Shown here: piece after piece, positions 1-10,906 of the stretch
Layout: every line of letters begins with the position of its first letter
Numbering within the stretch: the stretch's first letter is position 1
NCBI GenBank assembly: GCA_051530055.1
Contig: JBMGUZ010000053.1
Location: forward strand, 1-19,643
DNA length: 19,643 nt
Direction: 5' to 3'
DNA from: Neoechinorhynchus agilis
Lineage: Eukaryota; Animalia; Acanthocephala
Notes under the pieces: generated by a model
Told to the model about the DNA's origin: nothing
The model's database searches: none
What the model saw: the letters and a program-made list of their open reading frames with translations, nothing else
Position numbers and translations under genes: made by a program

Positions 1-472
1 CCTCATGGAGCTCTGCATCGCTTGGCGAGGCTTTATCTTTCGAAAAATCTCGATAAAATATTTTATATCCGGGATTGTGAAGAACACATCTACAAAGCCC
101 GGATCGCTAAAAGTTTACGATTCTGATTTCACTCTAACCACCGTTCGCTATCGTATTTAGGAAATAATTTAATGCAGACGTACAAATAAAAACTTATTTA
201 TCAATATTACTCTCGTCTTACAAAATTGCTCTCAGACGAACTATCTCTACATTGAGATTCTCCTTCTTTATCTTTTTTTCTGTTTGTACTGCTATCAATT
301 TCTATTGGTGGAAGAGAATTGGTGGCTCCTTCAGTTGCCTGAAACAAATTAGTTTCCGTTTGATGGTCAGTTTGATGGATAAAAACCTCAGATGATTTTT
401 TTCAACCGGCGATTGTGAACCGATGGAATGTTTTCTGGAGTTGGTTCACTAATTTTTGCTGTGTATTCAATC

Positions 473-1408
473 TCAGAGTTCCTCCTGTGACCTTGCCGAT
501 CTTCGTGATGTTAAGATTTGAGTTCTTTGGTCAATGTTTGTGCCGTGGTCCGGATCAAGAACAGGAGGAATCCATTCTGAAGCCAGAAATTTTTCAAATA
601 GTTCGCGAATGGCCGGTTCCCATTCGGAAAATGCGACCGAGTCAGCGCATGAAAAGCAGTAGACCGAACCTTTATATTGATGCCACGATGGAGTTAAAAA
701 AGTTCCGCATTTTGCACAAATCCAAGGCATTGTTGGCTGCGATGTTTTTGGAAGAAAAGCTTGAGGATTGCCGACTGAATCTTGGCGTTCATTTAACATC
801 TCGAGACTGATGACGCCGGCTCGATTATTATCATTTATTCTCGGAAAGATTTGCGGCGGACGACTCTCAGCGATGGCATCGGCATTTTGAATTATGAATT
901 GCATTAAATCTTCAAGTTCTTGGTTGGTATCGCCAATCATTCGATTTGTTTCGGCCGATTTTTGCTCCTTGGACTGCTCGGAAGTTATTCGGAAACACTG
1001 TTGCTGGGCGTTTGCTAAGTTTGCGGCCAATGACAATGCGGACGCTGTAGTGTTCGAGGGTGCCATTCTCAACAAACCGGCAAATGTTCTATCGAGATTT
1101 ACTGGCTGGTTACTTCGAGTTGAATTCATTGAAGGAAATGACACTCCTAAACTCATTTGAAATAATGGAATCGATATTTGGTTTTTGTGGAACTCACCTG
1201 GCGTTGGTTTGCTCGTCGCATTTTGGCTCGCTAGAATCCGCATGGATTCCATTGTAGCCCCCATAATTAAAATGTGGTTTTCAAACCGTTGACTGTCACT
1301 TGTCGGAATATTATCGCTCAATCGTTGAATTAAACGTAAAAGGATTTTGCTTATTTCTGGATTCATGTCTTTATTTGAAAATGTTATCCGTCTCCTTGGG
1401 AAAGACAA
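473..1408 (-). CDS. Protein with C-terminal GATA-like C4 zinc finger (p66/GATAD2-like spacing); may be one exon of a larger gene
   Basis: 311-aa ORF. CAKCGTFLTPSWHQYKGSVYCFSC (nt 647-718) is C-x2-C-x16-C-x2-C with the T-P-x-W core of GATA-type fingers. It is preceded by Q/N/S-rich low-complexity sequence and a helical segment. Confidence 0.6.
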   Translation of the reverse strand: MSFPRRRITFSNKDMNPEISKILLRLIQRLSDNIPTSDSQRFENHILIMGATMESMRILASQNATSKPTPGEFHKNQISIPLFQMSLGVSFPSMNSTRSNQPVNLDRTFAGLLRMAPSNTTASALSLAANLANAQQQCFRITSEQSKEQKSAETNRMIGDTNQELEDLMQFIIQNADAIAESRPPQIFPRINDNNRAGVISLEMLNERQDSVGNPQAFLPKTSQPTMPWICAKCGTFLTPSWHQYKGSVYCFSCADSVAFSEWEPAIRELFEKFLASEWIPPVLDPDHGTNIDQRTQILTSRRSARSQEEL

Positions 1409-3192
1409 TCGAGCAAGGAACGATATTGCGAATTAATACGTATCGGTTTTGTTGCTCAAAACAAAAAACAAAGGACGAATGTGGCCTCGGTGATTGTGTT
1501 AATGATTGCATAAAGGCGAAAATATCCATCCCGTTAATCTTTTGAGCTTTCTGTAATCATGGTTTTTACAAAAAATTTAAAAGATTCGATACCCACACGT
1601 ACCAAAAACTAAGATATTTTTTCATTTCATCCAAACTTAAAATGATGAAGTACTGAGGTTTTTCCTTTTGCCCAGTGGCTTGGAATGGCGTTAAACAGTT
1701 TGTTAGTCTCCTTTTAAAGAATTAAAACTTGTTTTAAGCACGCAAATTTTTAAATTATTAAGTGCTTAGGTTTTTCCTTCTTCGGTCTTTGTTGAAAAAA
1801 TTCCCATTTCAAAAAACAAATTGGCACCTTTCGTTCAAATGTTCATCATGAACACAATGGAAGCCTTTAACAAAAATTAAGGATCTATTTTAGCATTTAA
1901 ATCTGCTCGTAGATTCAACGTAACTTATCGATATACGGAATCAGCGCTTAGGTTTTTGGGATTTCGTGGATAATATCGATAATCAGCGCGATATTCACGG
2001 CGAACAGATTGGTGAATGTTGTCATCGATAACATCTTACGAACGTTCTTTTACTTGTATTATTGACGAAAAAAAGAACCGAAATCATCAGATGGTTCGAT
2101 TCGGATTATTTAATTCCTTAAAGGAACAGCGAGTATTCCATGGCGTAACGATGAAATCGTTATGAATGTCCACCAAAAAGACCTTTTAAATTTCGCACAA
2201 TTCTCATTTATGAGAGTTTATTGATTAACGAACTACAGCGCATTGATTTTTAAAAAGTTCAACTTAATTCTTGGTGAAGTTTTTCGATGAATCAATTTTT
2301 TAGCGGTCGCGATTATTAAAGGCGGTCGATTCGTGATGGAAATCCATATAATCATTGAAAGCGGTCAATGAAAAATCAGTGTTTGGGAAACGAAATGACG
2401 TTGATTAATGATACTGTTACCAAAGTATCAACTTTTTAAAGCCATTGACACCTTCATCATCCGTACCCTCGTCATTATTAGACTTCCTCCATAAATGACT
2501 ACTGATAATTTATTACATGAAAATAATTTAAACTCAACAAAATGCCCAAAGTTGTAAGCTTCTCGATCCTTTGTCCGACAGATCGAGAGCAGGATAATCT
2601 AAAATATCCCGGAGCTACAACGTTTCTTGAAGTCGTCCATTGTTAACATTGCCCGGATAGCTTAGAATTGTTGAATAAAGTGACGCTCCGGAGTAGTAAA
2701 TATCGGCCTATTTTTCTCAATAGATGGAAAATGGACACAGCAAAATCCATTTGTTTAAAAGTTACCGACGTCTTTCTTTGACACAAAATGCCACTAAGAA
2801 AGATTGATAGACACCTTGAGGAATTGCACAATCAATAATCGATGCATCGGAACATAGTCTTATTAATATTTCTGATAACAATGGGAATCGGAACTTAAAG
2901 AAGAGTTTATTATCGGTTGAGATCAAGAGGCAAAGAAGTATAGTCCCGGAATTCTTGAGGATTTTCGAAACTTCAGCTGACCCGAGTTCGGTTCAAAGGA
3001 TAAACAGTTGGAGCTGGGCAGACTATCGAAATAACGGGACCCAATCCTTAATGGAATGCCAGAATTTTTATGGTTAAAATTAAATGCTTAAAACATTGCT
3101 TCTATGAAACTGCGGTCCTTATCAAAATCAAAAAGGCAGGTCTTAAACTTCATCAATTAAGAGATTTTACGGGCAAGAATTATTGTGGCCGT

Positions 3193-3325
3193 CTTAAATG
3201 AATGAACAACTAACAGTGTCCAAAGCTTGGGAGATATCAAACTGAAGGATGAGTTTATCGATTCCTAAATGGAGCAAAATGAGAGCCCGAACTCACAGGA
3301 AGGCTCTAAACCGTGAAAGTTAGAT
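3193..3325 (+). repeat. Dispersed repeat; inverted near-identical copy at 19513-19643; possible LTR-retrotransposon gag remnant
   Basis: The reverse complement of the window end matches this stretch apart from a 2-nt indel (gagagcccgaa vs gagagcgaa). The translation EQLTVSKAWEI only weakly recalls the Gypsy gag 'LTLxKAxEI' motif. Confidence 0.8.
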
Positions 3326-3723
3326 GCCAGAAATTTTATGGTTGTTTGCCTTTGCCGAATAAATTTTTTTTATTTGAATTTTTGGTTTAATATTACACCG
3401 AAGTGCGCGGAAAAACGCGAAACTCAAATCCGCTCTCTGTGATCAATGAACAAAAGATGTTTCGAAAATAGCAATTTTTTATCCAATTCTCGTCCGAAAA
3501 ATCCACGAGGGAACATATCTTCAAAGCATTTTAATTTTATCAAGCGATCGAGAGCATTGAATAAAATGCAGGGCCGGTGGATCTCAGTTCCGATTTGTAA
3601 CTTTTAAAGGCAGCAATAGCAGAACACACGAGACGCAGAATTATGATCAACAAATCTATTGAAAAATATCTGTCTATCACTAATAACTAATTCTACGAAG
3701 TATAATCTTAATTCGAATTGCCC

Positions 3724-4964
3724 TCGGATTCGTCGTCTTTTTGCTGATTTTCTCCAGGCTTCGATATGCCTTCGTTCTCTTCTGATGAATCGAAATCATT
3801 AAAATCACCTTGATTTGACGAGCTTTCGTCCATCATTGGAGGTCGACTGCTCATCCCATCGGATTCGTCGTCTTTTTGTTGATTTTCTCCAGGCTTCGAT
3901 ATGCCTTCGTTCTCTTCTGATGAATCGATATCATTAAAATCACCTTGATTTGACGAGCTTTCGTACATCGTTGGAGGTCGACTGCTCATCTCATCGGATT
4001 CGTCGTCATTTTGCTGTTTGTCTCCTGGCTTCGATATGCCTTCGTTCTCTTCTGATGAATCGAAATCATTAAAATCACCTTGATTTGACGAGCTTTCGTC
4101 CATCATTGGAGGTCGACTGCTCATCTCATCGGATTCGTCGTCATTTTGCTGATTTTCTCCAGGCTTCGATATGCCTTCGTTCTCTTCTGATGAATCGAAA
4201 TCATTAAAATCACCTTGATTTGACGAGCTTTCGTCCATCGTTGGAGGTCCGCTGCTCATCTCATCGGATTCGTCATTTTGCAGAATTTCTCCAGGCTTCG
4301 ATATGCCTTCGTTCTCTTCGGATGAATCGAAATCATTAAAATCACCTTGATTTGATGAGCTTTCGTCCATCACTGGAGGTCGACTGCTCATCTCATCGGA
4401 TTCGTCGTCATTTTGCAGATTTTCTCCTGGCTTCGATATGCCTTCGTTCTCTTCTGATGAATCGAAATCATTAAAATCACCTTGATTTGATGAGCTTTCG
4501 TACATCGTTGGAGGTCCGCTGCTCATCTCATCGGATTCGTCGTCTTTTTGTTGATTTTCTCCAGGCTTCGATATGCCTTCGTTCTCTTCTGATGAATCGA
4601 TATCATTAAAATCACCTTGATTTGACGAGCTTTCGCCTATCATTGGAGGTCGACTGCTCATCTCATCGGATTCGTCATTTTGCAGTATTTCTCCGGGCTT
4701 CGATATGCCTTCGTTCTCTTCGGATGAATCGAAATCATTAAAATCACCTTGATTTGACGAGCTTTCGTCCATCACTGGAGGTCGACTGCTCATCTCATCG
4801 GATTCGTCGTCATTTTGCTGATTTTCTCCAGGCTTCGATATGCCTTCGTTCTCTTCTGATGAATCGAAATCATTAAAATCACCTTGATTTGACGAGCTTT
4901 CGTCCATCATTGGAGGTCCACTGCTCATCTCATCGGATTCGTCGTCTTTTTGCTGATTTTCTCC
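3724..4964 (-). repeat. Coding tandem repeat, 135-bp (45-aa) unit, 9 full units plus a partial one
   Basis: Unit GENQQKDDESDEMSSGPPMMDESSSNQGDFNDFDSSEENEGISKP. The only indels are 3 bp (units 3 and 6 are 132 bp), so the frame is kept throughout. Confidence 0.97.
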
Positions 4965-5032
4965 ATCTCTGGATTTAAATAGTATTGGCGAATCGCTATA
5001 ATAGGAGAACGGCGTAATTTTGTTTTTCGTTT

Positions 5033-5252
5033 TAAGATTAATCATTATTGTTTCAATATCACCTAGCGATATTCACTCAGAAAATTGATTTATATTGAAA
5101 ATTTTCGGCCTTTTCGTTGGCCTTCTTCAGTCAGATCTAGAATGTTTGTAAGTTTTTAACATTCTAGATCTGACTGAAGAAGGCCAACGAAAAGGCCGAA
5201 AATTTTCAATATAAATCAATTTTCTGAGTGAATATCGCTAGGTGAAATTGAA
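5033..5252. mobile_element. Palindromic Penelope-derived insertion with 19-bp target-site duplication
   Basis: Inverted arms of 95 bp (5052-5146 / 5158-5252, 1 mismatch, 11-nt loop). Flanked by the direct repeat gtaattttgtttttcgttt at 5014-5032 and 5253-5271. The arm matches the Penelope 3' end at 9288-9326. Confidence 0.85.
5171..5208 (+). ncRNA. Minimal type I hammerhead-ribozyme-like core (mirror copy on the minus strand at 5096-5133)
   Basis: tga-CUGAAGA-a-GGCC-aacgaaaa-GGCC-GAAA-auuu-uca: both conserved core boxes, a 4-bp stem II, a short palindromic stem III and a short stem I. Penelope-like elements are known to carry such minimal hammerheads. Confidence 0.6.
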
Positions 5253-6568
5253 GTAATTTTGTTTTTCGTTTCCGGTCGGACGGAAAGCGCTGATATGTTG
5301 ACTAGTAGTCCTATCGCGATAATCAGTACGATAATGGGAATCCTCATTTTCCTATTTCTTTATTCGATATTCAAGTCGATCTTATAGAATTCGAGGAGAT
5401 CGCAAACCGCTTTTAGGTGAGTGCTCGCCTTTGTTTCCGGTATTTATTCAACATTGACTAGACGCTTGTCGTTCATTTTGTTTATCAATAATGTGTTTCC
5501 CAATATAGAGAACGATTTAGTATCTTTGGTAATTTCACCTTTATTAGCGCTTTGTTTACTTATTTTCCGCCCGCAGTCTTGCGTTCATTGAAGTGATCGA
5601 AGATACTGTAATTAATCTAAACTTCCATTTTGTGCTGTCTAAATTTTTTGTCGTTTGAAATAGTGAAGTTCGCTAGAACAACAAATCTTTTAAAACAAAA
5701 CCCGAAAATAAAATCAACATTTTAACCTATGTCATTTTTTTCAATACTTAGTTTCAGAATAATAATCGGATACAAGAACAGAGAATAAATATGGAGCACA
5801 CGCTGGTGAAAATTCAAAGGGAATTGAATTTCTTTAAATGTCTAAAAAAATTGTTTATCCTAAGCATTTTTTAAAGAAACAATCTCTAAAGAAATGTTAC
5901 TGCTGGGAAATGCTTAGATCAATATTGTATTTTTGAATCGTCCATGTTTATTCTTTTTTAAATGCGCTCTTTTAATCTTTATAAACTCGCAGAAATTGAA
6001 TGCAAATTCCGCGTTACTATGGTAATCAAAGGCAATGAAAAATTCCACAATTGCAAATCATTGAATTCGTTCTACCAAATTTGGGTGCGTTTGTTCTTCA
6101 ATCTTGTAAACTTTGAATTATCTGACTATTCAGCTCTACACAAAATTCATAAACGAGAGCAATAATGATTTATCCAATTGTATCGCTGGAAAGATGTGCC
6201 AACTCGACTTTTTCAATTGGCGGAACGTTGCAACTTCGGATTAGCTGCGCCGGAGAAATTTACAAACGCTAGTAAACAAGGACAATAAAATGGACAATTC
6301 GAAGATCGAAAAAGCGGATGCTGCTGGTGAGGTTAGGAACAATTGCAGCTGCGGCCCTTGAAGAGTGCCTTGTCCTCAACTTCATGTTGTTCAGGGATTG
6401 ATCGAAACGGGCGAATCTGGCCGTTAATTCACTTGGCAGGTGGGGTGTGGAACAACTCTCCGTCCGATTCAATTGCTAAAGACGAGGACGTTCCGACATA
6501 GATTTTTCGTTCCAACCCGAGCTTTCAGAGTTGAGTGGAAGAGCAAAAGTGAGCATTATAAGGATGGA

Positions 6569-6985
6569 CATTGTTTCCATCATTTGTTGACATTTGCAAA
6601 TTTGATGATCTTTCACGTTTATGACTTTTAAAGAATTGAACAAATACGATTAGAGAAAGTAATAACGCTAGCTAGCCATATACAATTTTGTTCGTTTAGT
6701 AATTCCTGACGCGCTAATTCAAAATCTGTTTTCGGATTTGCGATAGCTGCAATAGTTCTTGAGTTATTTGTTTTTCAGTTTTTGGAGAAACAACCGTGAT
6801 TATTGATGCATTGTTTCCATCATTTGTTGACGTTTGCAAATTTGATGATCTTTCACGTTTATGACTTTTAAAGAATTGAACAAATACGATTAGAGAAAGT
6901 AATAACGCTAGCTAGCCATATACAATTTTGTTCGTTTAGTAATTCCTGATGCGCTAATTCAAAATTTGCTTTCGGATTTGCGATA
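6569..6985 (+). repeat. Direct duplication of ~177 bp (6569-6745 and 6809-6985, offset 240) just upstream of the Penelope ORF
   Basis: cattgtttccatcatttgttgac...ttcggatttgcgata occurs twice with a few substitutions. Confidence 0.92.
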
Positions 6986-6996
6986 AACTGCGTCTA

Positions 6997-9345
6997 ATGG
7001 AGAAATTATCGTTGAAAATGGTTCGCAACAAAAATGCATCGGAATTCCTTGAAAGCTGTAAACGGTATGAAGTACTTCCTTCATTTCTGGAACTACAATC
7101 GGTGGCGTATGGGTTCGAGGGCTCAAAAGCCCAGAAGTCGATGCAAACTTGGTTATTGAACAACGCTATTAAGGAACTCCAAAAAGAAAGGAAACATCTT
7201 GAGCGTCAATTAGAGAACAATCGTGGTATTCTGGGTTGCTTGACGGACGACGAATGGTGTAATATCCTGATTGTGGAGGTCGATAACTTGGCAGAAATTC
7301 TCAAACTCGCCGATGGACATCTATTCATTCCGTCGGAGAACAAAGATAAGGTCATCAACCTATCGAAGATTATACTGCCTGAAGAAGTATTGGAACTTTT
7401 GTCATTCGGCCCTGAGTTTATCCCGACCCCGAGAATCGGAACCCTACAATTCAGAACTAAGATGGAGGAAATGGTGTATGACCTTTCGATTCAAATCGAA
7501 AATATCCCATTATGGGAGTTTGAAAGAAGTTGCAAAATGGCTATTAAGAACGGAAGGAATCGTGGTTCGAATATAACAGGAAAGATGTTGACTGGACTCA
7601 AAGTAATCAAGGCACGGAATGAATTACGTAAACTGAAAATCTATAAATTACATGGATTTTGTGTGGCAAACGAAGAAATGTTCAACAGACTTGGTATGGA
7701 ACTTCTACAGGCTGACGAATTCAAGAAGCTCGATTTCTGCCCCACGAATAAACGCGAGAACGAACTCAACAGATTACTTCTGAAATTAATGAAACAGAAG
7801 GGTCTACCAGAAGAAGAGTTTAAAAGAATACGATCCGTGAATGCTAAGACGCCGAAAATGTATTTATTTGCAAAGATCCACAAAACACCCGTCAAAGCGC
7901 GTCCGATCATCGCCGCACACTCATCCTATAACTATAAGTTGTCGAGAAAACTATCCGGATTTATCAAACAGCTCCTTCCGGCATCGGACCATGTGGTCAC
8001 TTCGGGTGTAGATTTCATTGATCGATTGGGCAGGGTGAATCCAAACGAAACCGGTCTCATGGTTTCGGCGGATGTAACGTCCTTATTTACAAAGATACCC
8101 GTGGAGGAGGGGATTGAGCTAGCAACAAACCTATTGGTCGAAAAATGTACAGAATGGAAGCTCTCAGCTAATAATTGGCGCCAGCTTCTTGAATTCTGTA
8201 GACAATATTCAAACATTGAGTTTGAGGGTGTGAATTATGACCAGGCGGATGGGCTAGCGATGTGGGAAACCCATTATACCCACTATTGGCTGAGATATAC
8301 ATCAGAAAATGGGATGAACACTTGTCAGAATTAAATGATGTGAAGCTCTGGCTACGATATGTGGACAATACGTTAATTATTCTGGATCCCAATAGAAGTT
8401 CAACTGTACAACTGAGCAAGGAACTGAATAGCTGCCACCAAAATATAATATGGGCAATGGAAGAGGAGGAAAATGAGTCTCTACCATTGCTGGGGGTTCG
8501 AATAGTGGTTTTATGACATCGGTCTACAGGAAGCAAGGGTTTCCGCACATGGTTGTTCCGTGGATATCTGCTCAGCCGATCAAACACAAATTGGCAATAG
8601 TCCGATCGATGTTCATCAGGGCATTTCGATATTGTTCGGATACAGTACGCCTTAATTGTGAACTATATTGGATTTATTAAACAATCTCAAAGTGAGTGGA
8701 TACCCAAAGAAATACATTGAGAAATGTAGGAGAAGGGCTCAGTATGCTTCGTATGTGAGAACAATCAATCAAGAGAAAAAGAAGTGCTACATTGAAACGC
8801 CATTAGTCGATGTTCAATGGAATTCGGGGATAGATTCGCTGATCAACAGAATCGATAGAGACAAAGCGTGCGCTACGTTTAAGCAAAAGGGCAGGACTCT
8901 CCAAGGAGTACTCCGGCCGAAAAATGAGGAGGTACCGGTCGGATGTGTATACAAGATTTCATGTTCCAATTACAATCTCTCATATGTGGGACAAACCATC
9001 AATTTAAAAAGGATTGCCGAGCACAGAAGAGCAGTGGACAAAAAGACGGATGTAAGTTCGCCAATAGTGTCCCACATCAATAGCAGTGGACATGCGATCA
9101 ATTTTGATGGCACCGAAGTACTGGCCCGCACTGACGTAAAGCGCGATAGAGTGACGATCGAAGCGATAATGATCCAGCGAACAAACACGTTTCCTGGCAA
9201 CAAAGCCGACTATAAATTGAACCTCAGAATACCCCTCGATAAATAGAATTAAGACGCTCTCAAATTTGATTCTACTGTAATTTTAGAGTGACCGAAGAAG
9301 GCCAACGAAAACGCCGAAAATTTTCATATAATAAATTTAATTGAT
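6997..9345 (+). mobile_element. Decayed Penelope-like retroelement (RT plus GIY-YIG endonuclease)
   Basis: PLE N-terminal motif EKLSLK..FLESCK..VLPSFL. RT motifs YLFAKIHK, RPII, SADVTSLFTKIP, GLAM/GNP, RYVDN (catalytic YVDD altered) and TSVYRK. GIY-YIG VYKISC..YVGQT..RIAEH..EAIMI. Frameshifts near 8261, 8505 and 8667. Hammerhead-like 3' end. Confidence 0.93.
9288..9326 (+). ncRNA. Degenerate hammerhead core in the Penelope 3' terminal region
   Basis: gtga-CCGAAGA-a-GGC-caacgaaaac-GCC-GAAA-attttca. It differs from the 5171 copy by 2 nt, including CUGA to CCGA. Confidence 0.5.
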
Positions 9346-9371
9346 ACAATCTTCGCTATTGAAACAAAAAA

Positions 9372-9600
9372 GTTCCAATAATGTTGACGTCACGAAAACT
9401 TAATCCAACTGAAGTGCGATATGCTACTATAGACAAAGAAGCCTTGGCCATCGTGCACGCAATCAAGCGGTTTCATTAATACCTTTATGGGCGACATTTT
9501 GTATTGGAAACTGATTACCAACCGTTAAAACACATATTCGGGTACCAGAGGGACCTCAGCAAGATGACCAACGGAAGGATAGTGCTTTGGGTCGATATAA
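9372..9600 (+). mobile_element. Ty3/Gypsy LTR-retrotransposon RNase H fragment (pseudogene)
   Basis: Frame from 9372 reads [56 protein letters not shown], the characteristic Ty3/Gypsy RNase HI sequence, with one in-frame stop. Confidence 0.9.
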
Positions 9601-9737
9601 GATACGTTAAAATAAAAACCATGACAACCACTGTCTGCGCGATACACCAAGCAAGCCCTAAAATGTACGTGGTGCGAAACTTGACCATTCCAATGATTTA
9701 ACTAATTACGGTCATAATGGAGAAAATTTTGAGTAAA

Positions 9738-10906
9738 TGTGGCTACGACTACTTTCGGATGCCTGACGTGCAACAGAAGGAAGTTTGTGTTTATGAATAG
9801 TAATGATGTACATGACTTAGACAATTCAATGTTTCGCGCTTAAAAATTCTGTTCTTTGTGTGGCAACGACAACTTTGGGATTCCTGACGTGCAACAGAAG
9901 GAAGTTTGTGTTTATGAATAGCAATGAGGTACATGACATAGACGATTCAATGATTGGCGCTTAAAAATTCTGTTATTTGTGTGGCAACGACCATATTGGG
10001 ATTCCTGACGTGCAACAGAAGGAAGTTTGTGTTTATGAATAGCAATGAGGAACATGATATAGACAATTCAATGATTGGCGCTTAAAAATTCTGTTATTTG
10101 TGTGGCAACGACTTCTTTGGGATTCCTGACGTACAACAGAAGGAAGTTTGTGTTTATGAATAGCAATGAGGTACATGACTTAGACAATTCAATGATTGGT
10201 GCTTAAAAATTCTGCTATTTGTGTGGCAACGACTTCTTTGGGATGCCTGACGTACAACAGAAGGAAGTTTGTGTTTATGAATAGCAATGAGGTACATGAC
10301 TTAGACGATTCAATGATTGGTGCTTAAAAATTCTGTTATTTGTGTGGCTACGACTTCTTTCGGATTCCTGACGTGCAACAGAAGGAAGTTTGTGTTTATG
10401 AATAGCAATGAGGTGCATGATTTAGACGATTCAATGATTGGTGCTAAAAAATTCTGTTATTTGTGTGGCAACGACCACCTTGGGATTCCTGACGTGCAAC
10501 AGAAGGAAGTTTGTGTTTATGAATAGCAATGAGGAAAATGATATAGACAATTCAATGATTGGCGCTTAAAAATTCTGTTATTTCTGTGGCAACGACTACT
10601 TTGGGGTTCCTGACGATCAACAGAAGGAAGTTTGTGTTTATGAATAGCAATGAGGAACATGATATAGACAATTCAATGATTGGTACTTAAAAATTCTGTT
10701 ATTTGTGTGGCAACGACCACCTTGGGATTCCTGACGTGCAACAGAAGGAAGTTTGTGTTTATGAATAGCAATGAGGAAAATGATATAGACAATTCAATGA
10801 TTGGCGCTTAAAAATTCTGTTATTTCTGTGGCAACGACTTCTTTGGGATGCCTGAAGTACAACAGAAGGAAGTTTCTGTTTATGAATAGCAATGAGGTAC
10901 ATGACT
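9738..10906. repeat. 121-bp satellite/tandem array, left block (~9.7 units)
   Basis: The marker 'gaagttt' recurs at 9780, 9901, 10022 ... 10869, an exact 121-bp period. Units differ by scattered substitutions. Confidence 0.97.

Larger units (their letters stand above)
3708..5347 (-). pseudogene. Secreted acidic Asp/Glu/Ser-rich tandem-repeat protein, interrupted near its 5' end by an insertion
   Basis: Removing 5033-5252 plus one TSD copy joins ATG 5347 in frame to the 445-aa track ORF, giving MRIPIIVLIIAIGLLVNISA-LSVRPETKNKITPFSYYSDS..., a hydrophobic signal-peptide-like N-terminus followed by the repeats. Confidence 0.75.

Noticed and set aside
415-810. Plus-strand 131-aa ORF
   Set aside because: Antisense to the zinc-finger ORF, no ATG start, no motif.
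1900-2860. Possible host exons (e.g. minus-strand DVIDDNIHQSVRREYRADYRYY) and the short ORFs at 5962-6631
   Set aside because: No recognisable domain or consistent splice structure could be established by eye.
3708-5045. Track ORF start MINLK as the real N-terminus
   Set aside because: That ATG lies inside the inserted element; the in-frame signal-peptide start is at 5347.
5033-5271. The 239-nt interruption as a spliceosomal intron
   Set aside because: No placement of the boundaries within the 19-bp duplication gives GT..AG on the minus strand; a TSD plus palindrome fits an insertion better.
5860-5917. 10-bp inverted repeat ctaagcattt/aaatgcttag; also the ctcgatc/gatcgag stem near 2562-2588
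   Set aside because: Short and in AT-rich DNA; no TSD or second copy seen, compatible with chance.
10317-10526. Small ORFs in the satellite (also 18979-19194)
   Set aside because: By-products of a 121-bp period; no ATG start and the frame changes each unit.
9738-10906. Regular repeats resembling a CRISPR array next to viral sequence
   Set aside because: Units are contiguous 121-bp tandem copies with no unique spacers, there are no cas genes, and the context is eukaryotic.
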